Positions 1 to 7,166 of a stretch of 64,000 bases of DNA are shown piece after piece. A program made the position numbers and the translations under genes. A model generated the notes under the pieces. It did not search any database. It was not told the origin of the DNA and worked only from the letters and a program-made list of their open reading frames with translations. Position 1 is the first letter of the stretch, and each line of letters begins with the position of its first letter. Source of the DNA: Simkaniaceae bacterium (GTDB lineage Bacteria; Chlamydiota; Chlamydiia; Chlamydiales; JACRBE01); NCBI GenBank assembly GCA_022763045.1, contig JALEGI010000002.1, positions 21,368 through 85,367 on the forward strand, given 5' to 3'.

Positions 1-799
1 GATCTGGCGGAAAAACACCATCCATCCCAGTTGTGACCAAAAGATCGCCAACTTTGAGTAAGGAAGAGTCGGTTAACGGGCGACAATCGCCGTTCTCATC
101 GGGAAATTCGTAGTTAAATCCAAGACCTGTGAGCTCACTTTTAAGCGAGTGCCAGAGGGGGCCACTTGCCCCATGCAGCTCTCCTTTTGCAAGGTAGTGA
201 TTTTCATTTTCACCCAAAAGTGTTTGCTTTAACCCCTCAAGTTCATCGGGTAGATAGCTCGCAATTTCTGGGCGAAGCTTCAGTTGTTGTAAGAGCTGCT
301 CAATTGATTCAATAAGTGCACGGTTTTGTAGAGCCCCACGACTCACACGAACGGAGGGAACAAGGCGACTATCGGTAATGAGTCTGACGCGGGAGCGGGT
401 TTTTTCCACCTCTTCCACAACGCCAACAACTCCCCCATTAACAAGAACCGGGCTCTCTTCTTTTATCTGATCGTTTTCACCGCGGTCAATCCATAGCGCT
501 GCACCCCATGAACCTGGTTCACGATGGACAACATTTGCACTCAGTGCATTCCATTTGATGCGCGACTCAAAATCTTTGAGCCTTTCAAGGCTCTCTTCAG
601 CTACTAACCAATTGCGAACGCGCTCCAATTGATTGCGCAAGGCATAATTTTCGCTACGTAATCTGTCCAATTCACCCGCTTTCTGATCAACGGTTCTAGA
701 AACTGTTTTAAAAGCTGTGTGTCGCAAGCTTTTGACCAATCTACTTGGCAAAAAAAGAGTTAGTAAAACAACAATGGCTAGCAATATGTATTGCTTCAT
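1..799 (-). CDS. mreC: Rod shape-determining protein MreC (C-terminus runs off the window edge)
   Basis: Minus-strand frame is open from the ATG at 799 to base 1. It is missing from the ORF track because it has no in-window stop. My translation: MKQYILLAIVVLLTLFLPS (TM), coiled coil LDRLRSENYALRNQLERV, then VVGVVEEVEKTRSRVRLITDS and LVTTGMDGVFPP, which fits MreC. The ATG overlaps the stop of the upstream aminotransferase (ATGA). Confidence 0.7.
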   Translation of the reverse strand, partial: MKQYILLAIVVLLTLFLPSRLVKSLRHTAFKTVSRTVDQKAGELDRLRSENYALRNQLERVRNWLVAEESLERLKDFESRIKWNALSANVVHREPGSWGAALWIDRGENDQIKEESPVLVNGGVVGVVEEVEKTRSRVRLITDSRLVPSVRVSRGALQNRALIESIEQLLQQLKLRPEIASYLPDELEGLKQTLLGENENHYLAKGELHGASGPLWHSLKSELTGLGFNYEFPDENGDCRPLTDSSLLKVGDLLVTTGMDGVFPPD

Positions 800-1998
800 T
801 GCGCACCCTCAACAGCAACCATCGCATCAACAACATACTGCATGTTCGATTCGTTCAGTCCGCACAAGTTGATTCTTCCCTTACCAGTCATGTAGATGCC
901 GTACTCTTCAATTATTTTGTCGACTTCGGGCTTTGACATTCCTGTGAAAAGAAAAAAGCCTGTACCCCCCTCTAAAAAGCTGTAGTCACGTCTTGCGCCA
1001 CTGTGACGCAACCTATCAATAAATGTCTGCCGCAGATCTTCTATCCGGTTGCGGTAAGTTGCCAGCTCATTTGTCCAAAGCTTTTTTAGCTCTGGGGAAA
1101 GCAGTATTTTTTCAACAACAGCAGCTCCATGAAATGGAGGATTTGAATAGGTCGCACGAATAATTGATTTCACAACTTTACCTACAGCAACCTTCTCCTC
1201 TTTATCGTTTGTGAAGATGTAGATAGCACCAACGCGCTCATTGTATAAACTGAAATTTTTTGAATGAGAAACTGCGACCAATATCGGTAAATTTGTCTCT
1301 GTAAAACGGCGAATGCCATAGGTGTCATCATTGACATTGGAAACAAACCCTTGGTATGCGCAATCAAAGAAGGGAATCAAACGCTTTTTTTCCATTAATT
1401 CGGCCAAGCTATCCCACTGTTCTGGCGTCAAATCTCGCCCAGAGGGATTGTGGCAACAGGTGTGCAAAACAACAATATCGTTTTCATTGTAGTTTTTAAT
1501 CTCCCCATACATCTTTTCAAAGTCGAATCGATGCTCGGTCATATCGTAGTAGGGATAAAAAGCGAGTTGAAAACGGGATTTGCGGAAAATACCAATATGA
1601 TTTGGCCAGGTGGGTTCTGATAAAAAGACTCTATCAGAAATTTCTTGTCTGAGAAAATCTGCCCCAATTTTCAATGCCCCCGTGCCACCAAGAGCTTGCG
1701 CGCCAAAGACCCGATCTTGTACACGATTCCAAATCTCTTCGCCAAAAATTAATTTGGCGGTTTCATTGACATACCCACTGTTTCCATCTATGGGAAGATA
1801 GGGACAGGGTTGATCGGGACGACAAATCTCCTGTTCTGCACGAAAGACAGCCTCCATTCGTGGGGTTTTGAGATTTTTATCTTTGTAAACGCCCACACCA
1901 AGGTTCACTTTTTCCTTTCGCTGATCTTCTCGGAAAGCAATCGTCAAATGCAAAATTGGGTCGTCAGGGACCTGGGTAACGCTAGAAAATATGCTCAA
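796..1998 (-). CDS. aspC: Aspartate/aromatic amino acid aminotransferase (class I, PLP-dependent)
   Basis: 400-aa ORF with the PLP-lysine block SHSKNFSLYNERVG and N-terminal GVGVYKD, both typical of AspC/TyrB. Confidence 0.9.
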   Translation of the reverse strand: MSIFSSVTQVPDDPILHLTIAFREDQRKEKVNLGVGVYKDKNLKTPRMEAVFRAEQEICRPDQPCPYLPIDGNSGYVNETAKLIFGEEIWNRVQDRVFGAQALGGTGALKIGADFLRQEISDRVFLSEPTWPNHIGIFRKSRFQLAFYPYYDMTEHRFDFEKMYGEIKNYNENDIVVLHTCCHNPSGRDLTPEQWDSLAELMEKKRLIPFFDCAYQGFVSNVNDDTYGIRRFTETNLPILVAVSHSKNFSLYNERVGAIYIFTNDKEEKVAVGKVVKSIIRATYSNPPFHGAAVVEKILLSPELKKLWTNELATYRNRIEDLRQTFIDRLRHSGARRDYSFLEGGTGFFLFTGMSKPEVDKIIEEYGIYMTGKGRINLCGLNESNMQYVVDAMVAVEGAQ

Positions 1999-2066
1999 TG
2001 GACCGTCCTCAGTTTAAATGTCTTGATTATCATAGCGATTATCGCTAAAATATCCATCACTAATAT

Positions 2067-2139
2067 GGGGCGTTAGCTCAGTTGGTAGAGCGCAACAATG
2101 GCATTGTTGAGGCCAGCGGTTCGACTCCGCTACGCTCCA
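2067..2139 (+). tRNA. tRNA-Ala (anticodon GGC)
   Basis: 73-nt cloverleaf folded by hand. Acceptor GGGGCGT/ACGCTCC with the G3:U70 alanine identity pair; D arm GCTC-AGTTGGTA-GAGC; anticodon loop ATGGCAT; T arm AGCGG-TTCGACT-CCGCT; discriminator A; no encoded CCA. Confidence 0.85.
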
Positions 2140-2147
2140 ATCCCCTA

Positions 2148-3824
2148 CTAGTTCGGAAGTTCGGTCCCTTCAACAGCCTCTAGAAAGGCTTGAAGTTGCT
2201 TTGCACGTGTTGGATGGCGCATTTTTCTCAAAGCCTTCGCCTCAATCTGTCTGACACGCTCACGAGTCACCTTGAATCGCAAACCTACCTCTTCTAAGGT
2301 CTTTGGTTTACCATCTAGGAGCCCAAAACGCTCAATCAAAACAGTGCGTTCGCGATCGGTTAAGGTGTCGAGCACCTCGTTCATCTTATCTTTCAAGATA
2401 GAATATCCCGTTGCATCCGCAGGCGATTCGGTAGTAGTATCTTCTAGGAAGTCACCGAATTGGCTCTCTCCACTATCACCGACTTCTGCTTGAAGGGAGA
2501 TAGGGTGTTGCGCAATTTTATAGATTTCTCGCACCCGCTCAGGTGTGAGGCCAAGTTCTTTGGCAAGCTCTTCTGGAGTTGGCTCTTTGCCTGTCTCCAT
2601 CATGAGCTTTTTCGCACCACGAAGCACTTTATTGATTGTTTCAATCATGTGAACGGGGATACGAATTGTACGCGCCTGATCGGCAATCGCACGTGTAACT
2701 GCCTGACGAATCCACCAGGTAGCGTAGGTTGAAAATTTATATCCTCTGCGATACTCGAACTTTTCAACTGCCTTCATCAGTCCCATATTCCCCTCCTGAA
2801 TCAGGTCGAGAAATGATAGGCCTCGGTTGGTATACTTCTTAGCAATCGAAATCACAAGGCGAAGGTTTGACTCCACCATCTCGCGCTTGGCTTCCTGACT
2901 CTTGTCCATCCACCGTTGAAGCATCCTAACATCTTTTTTGAATTCATCGATTGTTCGACCTGCTGCGAGCTCGCGCTTATAGAGCTTGCGCTTTGCAGCA
3001 AGTAGCTTTGCCTTAGCGAAGCGGTTTTTCTCCGCACGAGGAATTAACTCCTTGATCTCTTTTTCCAAAAGCAAGAAACGATCGTAGGCGGTGAGAATAA
3101 CCTCACCAAAATCTTCTGTCACATTGTAGCGAAAATGCATCCGACGCAGCATTGCCTGCGTACGGATTCGGCATTTTTCGATATCTTCGGAAACTTTGAC
3201 GCGATCAACTTTTGAAAGCTCACCACTTTTGATCTGCTCAAGGCATCCCTCTAAGAAAGTATCCTCTTCCTCGAGACGCACTTTGAGAATCGGAAGCAAA
3301 TTGAAGAATTTTTGCTTGTCCTCAATCTCTTTTTCCGTAGCAATTTTATCGAAACGCTCTTTTTGTGTGATCAAATGGTGGCAAATCGAAATTGTTTCAC
3401 GAGAGCAGTAGCGAAAACGCATAATAATCTTCTCGATTTGCATCTGCGCCTTTTCAATTCGCTTGGAAATCTCTACCTCTTCCTCACGGGTGAGGAGGGG
3501 AACTGAGCCCATCTCTTTCAAGTACATCCGGACAGGATCATCAGAGGCGCCTTCAGAACGCTTCGGCAGAGATTCCATCTCTTTTGCCTCTTTTTTGCGC
3601 TCTTTTTGACGCTCAACCTCGACTTGGTTGAGTATCTGAATGTCCATTCCGCTGAGGAAAATCAGCACTTGGTCAATCTGTTCAGGAGAATCAAATGACA
3701 TCGGAAGGATATCATTTATTTCTTCGTATGTGATATACCCCTGCTCTTTTGCAATAGCAACGAGCTCCTCAATCTTTTGTTGATGCTGGGGATCAAATAG
3801 ATAGTTATCTTTCGACTTGCTCAT
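2148..3824 (-). CDS. rpoD: RNA polymerase primary sigma factor (sigma-70/sigma-66 type)
   Basis: 558 aa. Region 2 ([27 protein letters not shown]) and region 4.2 ([27 protein letters not shown]) are unmistakable. Confidence 0.95.
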   Translation of the reverse strand: MSKSKDNYLFDPQHQQKIEELVAIAKEQGYITYEEINDILPMSFDSPEQIDQVLIFLSGMDIQILNQVEVERQKERKKEAKEMESLPKRSEGASDDPVRMYLKEMGSVPLLTREEEVEISKRIEKAQMQIEKIIMRFRYCSRETISICHHLITQKERFDKIATEKEIEDKQKFFNLLPILKVRLEEEDTFLEGCLEQIKSGELSKVDRVKVSEDIEKCRIRTQAMLRRMHFRYNVTEDFGEVILTAYDRFLLLEKEIKELIPRAEKNRFAKAKLLAAKRKLYKRELAAGRTIDEFKKDVRMLQRWMDKSQEAKREMVESNLRLVISIAKKYTNRGLSFLDLIQEGNMGLMKAVEKFEYRRGYKFSTYATWWIRQAVTRAIADQARTIRIPVHMIETINKVLRGAKKLMMETGKEPTPEELAKELGLTPERVREIYKIAQHPISLQAEVGDSGESQFGDFLEDTTTESPADATGYSILKDKMNEVLDTLTDRERTVLIERFGLLDGKPKTLEEVGLRFKVTRERVRQIEAKALRKMRHPTRAKQLQAFLEAVEGTELPN

Positions 3825-3899
3825 CAGGTCCTTTGTGCAGAGGGAAAGGCAAGAATATACAGGTTAATCTTTATAAAATAAAGGGTAAATGTCAAGAAA

Positions 3900-4652
3900 A
3901 TGCAACTTCTTGCTCTAAACGGATCAAAAAAAATCTGGCCTTACGAGGCAAATCAGGGTCAAGAATACACCTGCCCTGACTGTGGATATCCGGTAAAATT
4001 GCGTTGGGGAATCGTGCGACGCCCCCATTTTTATCACGTTTATGAATCACCTAAGTGCAAAAAGCTCAGTACCAAGCTCCACCGCTCGATTCAATATTAC
4101 ATCTATCGCCTACTTCATTTTCAAACGGTTGAAATTGAAAAATCGTATCCCGAGATTGACCGCATCGCCGACATCTTTTGGGCCGAAAAAAAAATTATTT
4201 TTGAAGTCCAATGCACGATGATTCCGTTCAAAGAAATGCAAGACAGGGTGCGCGATTACGCCTCACTAGGACTGCAAGTCGTCTGGCTTTTGCACGCAAA
4301 CAACCCCTGGCTCACCTCAGCAACATGGGATGATTTGAAAAAACTTCCCCATTTTTACACTAACCTTGATTTGCGAGATAATGGCGTCTTTTTCGATCAA
4401 ATTTGGCTCGAGGGGCACGGCAAATCCGCGCCCTATGTTGTCGAGCTTGACGCACCGCTACCAATGAGACACTTCCCCATGCCTGTTCCCGACCTTCTCA
4501 TAGAGCGCACCCGCAATCGCAGATACTACTTTCAGGGAGATTATCTCCATTTTTGGACAAAACACCCCTACATGATTCCAAAGCGCGAGCCCCGCAGAAA
4601 AAATTGGTACGTCAAATGGATTGACAACCTCATCAAAAAACACAATTTTTGA
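3900..4652 (+). CDS. CoiA-like competence-family protein (putative PD-(D/E)xK nuclease)
   Basis: 250 aa. The N-terminal YTCPDCGYPVKLRWGIVRRPHFYHVYESPKC matches the CoiA signature (Y-T-C-P-x-C-G ... L-R-x-G ... H-F-x-H ... C). A D...E-x-Q block (IADIFW...IIFEVQC) follows. Confidence 0.6.
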   Translation: MQLLALNGSKKIWPYEANQGQEYTCPDCGYPVKLRWGIVRRPHFYHVYESPKCKKLSTKLHRSIQYYIYRLLHFQTVEIEKSYPEIDRIADIFWAEKKIIFEVQCTMIPFKEMQDRVRDYASLGLQVVWLLHANNPWLTSATWDDLKKLPHFYTNLDLRDNGVFFDQIWLEGHGKSAPYVVELDAPLPMRHFPMPVPDLLIERTRNRRYYFQGDYLHFWTKHPYMIPKREPRRKNWYVKWIDNLIKKHNF

Positions 4653-4659
4653 GTGAAAA

Positions 4660-4711
4660 TTCCTGGCTTTACAGAGAGAAAGCATTAGCTTGTAAAGCGG
4701 CTTTACAAGCT
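4660..4711 (+). repeat. A-B repeat unit: module A TTCCTGGCTTTACAGAGAGAAAG plus perfect palindrome AGCTTGTAAAGC-G-GCTTTACAAGCT
   Basis: Fills the whole 57-nt gap between the convergent CoiA-like gene (stop 4650-4652) and the membrane protein gene (stop 4710-4712). The palindrome has 12-nt arms with one central base. Same unit at 5645, 25751 and 27782, and reversed at 37547 and 55566. Confidence 0.9.
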
Positions 4712-5156
4712 AAATATATCCCATTCGATGAACATATTCGCGAAGCCAACGGAAATAGAAAAAGACCCCTAAAGCAAGAACAAAGTGAATCAAATTCTGA
4801 AAAGGGAAGTTTTTTTGCATCGCATTTGTTTTGGGGCTGAAACCGCTATACCATACAGGCCAAGAGCCCGCTTGCCAATGAGGTAGCATTGCTTCAGCCG
4901 CAATCATATTGGGAAAGGTAGGTCTTTTGAACTTATTTACGCCTCGATATTCCTTGCCATCAACGTTGAAAATATAATTTGCTATGAAAAAATACTGCGA
5001 TTCGTCCTTGCCCTCGATAGTCCAATGCACACGCGTAGGATGAGTCTTTCGGGTTAATTGCAGGTACTTAAAAAGATCAATTGATAGAATTGCTCCCGTC
5101 CAAATCAGCGCTCCAATTGTCAAAGCAGTGATGCCGAGCCAAATATTTTTTAACAT
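4710..5156 (-). CDS. Hypothetical membrane protein (two TM helices flanking a soluble domain)
   Basis: The track ORF is 4710..5210. I prefer the ATG at 5156 (MLKNIWLGITAL...) because GGAG lies 5 nt upstream. Hydrophobic helices at both ends. Confidence 0.5.
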   Translation of the reverse strand: MLKNIWLGITALTIGALIWTGAILSIDLFKYLQLTRKTHPTRVHWTIEGKDESQYFFIANYIFNVDGKEYRGVNKFKRPTFPNMIAAEAMLPHWQAGSWPVWYSGFSPKTNAMQKNFPFQNLIHFVLALGVFFYFRWLREYVHRMGYI

Positions 5157-5242
5157 TTTTACTCCAACTCTATAAAGGGCATTTACAGATTTGATCCAAA
5201 ATGGTATCATTTCTTCAAATTTTTTAAGCCCTACGGAGTATC

Positions 5243-5533
5243 ATGGCTGAAGCAGGAAAAGGTGACAACAAAAAGAAGCGCCCAAAGCGCCCAACTGCCC
5301 TAAAACGCAAGATCCAAGACGATAAAAAGTACTTGAGAAACCGCATCTTCAAGTCTCGTGTGAAGACAGCAATTCGCTCATTCCAGGAGTCTGTGACGGA
5401 AAAGAACGAAGACAAAATCAAAGCTTGTTTAGCAGCAGTTTATTCTCTTATGGATAAGGGAGTGAAGCGCGGCATCTACAAGAAAAACAAAGCTTCTCGT
5501 ACAAAGTCTCGCCTAACAGCTACTTCCAAGTAA
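5243..5533 (+). CDS. rpsT: 30S ribosomal protein S20
   Basis: 96 aa, very basic. ALKRKIQDDKKYLRNRIFKSRVKTAIR and C-terminal KNKASRTKSRL are typical of S20. Confidence 0.9.
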   Translation: MAEAGKGDNKKKRPKRPTALKRKIQDDKKYLRNRIFKSRVKTAIRSFQESVTEKNEDKIKACLAAVYSLMDKGVKRGIYKKNKASRTKSRLTATSK

Positions 5534-5541
5534 TTTCTTAC

Positions 5542-5590
5542 ATGGCCATCCCTCTTTCTAAAGAGATCCAAGATGGCCATCGTATTTTCA
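5542..5590 (+). terminator. Possible terminator hairpin downstream of rpsT
   Basis: ATGGCCATC (5542-5550) pairs with GATGGCCAT (5572-5580). An inner CTCTTT/AAAGAG stem lies between them, and CGTATTTTC follows. The T-run is short. Confidence 0.35.
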
Positions 5591-5644
5591 ATCACACAAA
5601 TTTTATTGCACACTTAAGTTGCAACCACTCCCCTACACCTTTTT

Positions 5645-5695
5645 TTCTGGCTTTACAGAGAGAGAAAGTTAGCTTGTAAAGCGGCTTTACAAGCT
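5645..5695 (+). repeat. A-B repeat unit (TTCTGGCTTTACAGAGAGAGAAAG + AGCTTGTAAAGCGGCTTTACAAGCT)
   Basis: Located between convergent rpsT and recD. The last bases of the palindrome overlap the recD stop codon (TAG, 5694-5696 on the minus strand). Confidence 0.9.
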
Positions 5696-7166
5696 ACGAG
5701 TTAAAGCGAGAAATGAGGTTGCTTTCACGATCGCCATGGGACGTGAGGCACGCTGCGAGGATCTCACGTGTAGAATTAATGGTAAGCGAGTGGCGACAGC
5801 GTGTGACGGCGGTGTAAAGCAGCTCACGACCAAAGCGCTCTGAGCCTTCGGGTAGTATTAGCTCTACTTCGTCAAATTCACTTCCCTGGCTCTTGTGAAC
5901 AGTGAGGGCGTAGGCGTATTCGTAAGCGGGTAGGATAGCCTCAGCGAGAGGCTCGCGCCCTGGGAAGTGCGCTTTTCCATTTAGGAGGGTGCCCATTTCA
6001 CCGTTATAGAGGTTAAGGCTGGGGTCGGAGCGTGTGATGAGGATGGGGATTGCGAAGGTGTCGGCTTGTTTGGCAAAGTAGTTGTAGAGGGTGGAATTGA
6101 TGGCATCTGAGCCTTGCAGGCCACGCTTGAGGCCGCAGAGGATGCGGTAGCGGCTAAAATCGACGTTGGGGCTCTGCGATAGGGGAAATTTTTCTGGCTT
6201 TACAGAGAGAGAATCTAGCGAATGGTAGGTGAAATGGGCACTGCCTGCATTGAGGATTTCGAGGACGTTTTGCGCGTGCCCGAGGCGTATGTTTTCAGCA
6301 AGATTGAGGATGTCCTGTCGATCGGAGCGAAGGCACTCTTCTAGGTGGACGTGGGGTATGGCGGGGATTTGGCACATCTGAGAGAAGAGAGTACCCGCAT
6401 CAACGGGGGGAATTTGATCGGGGTCGCCCATGAGTATTACGCGGGTGCCCTCTTGGATTTGCGAGAAAAGCGCGGCGAAGATGCGGGCGTCAATCATGGA
6501 GCACTCGTCTACGATGAGCAGGTCGGCGGCGATTTTCGGGGGATACTCTTTATGAAGCTGGAGCAGCGCATGGAGTGTGCTGGTGGTGACGTCTCGGTTG
6601 ATGGCTTTTGCCAGGTGCTGAGCCGCTTTTCCGGTGGGGGCGGCAAGGGTGATTTTGGCATTTGCGGGTAGCGCTTCGGCAATGTGTTTGGCAACAAAGG
6701 TTTTTCCGCGGCCAGGGCCTCCTGTGAGGATCATAAAAGGCGATTGCATAGCAAGGTGGAGCGCTTTTTCTTGTAGAGCGTTGAGAGCGGGATCAACTGT
6801 ATAGTTTTTTTCTGGATGTGCTGAGAATGAGAGGAGCCTTTTGAGCCCGCTGAGGGTGCGCGTTTCGTAGATCCAGTTCTTTTGTAGATAGTAGTGAGAG
6901 CCGAACTTACCGATAGGCTTGGCAAAGGTCTCAGTGGTGGCGGTGAGCTCTTGCATACAGCTCGGGTTGAAGATTCCTTGGCTATCGTGATAGCAGAGGT
7001 GTCCATGGCGTGAATGGGCAAAGAGTTTTTCGATCAGTGATCTGAGTGTGGGCTCATCGGTGTGAATTTTTCTGCAGATCATCTCTGCGAATGCTTCTTC
7101 AAGTAACGGCATAAATTGCAGGCTCCCGTAGAAAGACATAATACACACCTGCAAAGATCTGTTCAA
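5694..7166 (-). CDS. recD: Exodeoxyribonuclease V alpha subunit RecD (SF1 helicase)
   Basis: Walker A GGPGRGKT, Walker B LLIVDECSMID, motif VI TVHKSQGSEF. The start is uncertain; ATG at 7112 (MPLLEEAF...) would reduce the overlap with recB to 14 nt. Confidence 0.85.
   Translation of the reverse strand: MNRSLQVCIMSFYGSLQFMPLLEEAFAEMICRKIHTDEPTLRSLIEKLFAHSRHGHLCYHDSQGIFNPSCMQELTATTETFAKPIGKFGSHYYLQKNWIYETRTLSGLKRLLSFSAHPEKNYTVDPALNALQEKALHLAMQSPFMILTGGPGRGKTFVAKHIAEALPANAKITLAAPTGKAAQHLAKAINRDVTTSTLHALLQLHKEYPPKIAADLLIVDECSMIDARIFAALFSQIQEGTRVILMGDPDQIPPVDAGTLFSQMCQIPAIPHVHLEECLRSDRQDILNLAENIRLGHAQNVLEILNAGSAHFTYHSLDSLSVKPEKFPLSQSPNVDFSRYRILCGLKRGLQGSDAINSTLYNYFAKQADTFAIPILITRSDPSLNLYNGEMGTLLNGKAHFPGREPLAEAILPAYEYAYALTVHKSQGSEFDEVELILPEGSERFGRELLYTAVTRCRHSLTINSTREILAACLTSHGDRESNLISRFNS
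6192..6213 (+). repeat. Solo module A inside recD (22 nt identical to the spacer form)
   Basis: TTCTGGCTTTACAGAGAGAGAA. Read antisense by recD as D-S-L-S-V-K-P-E. Confidence 0.9.

Noticed and set aside
7112-7166. The long recD N-terminus overlapping recB by 68 nt
   Set aside because: This is probably a start-codon artefact of the ORF track, since an internal ATG at 7112 gives a 14-nt overlap. It is not evidence for unusual translational coupling.
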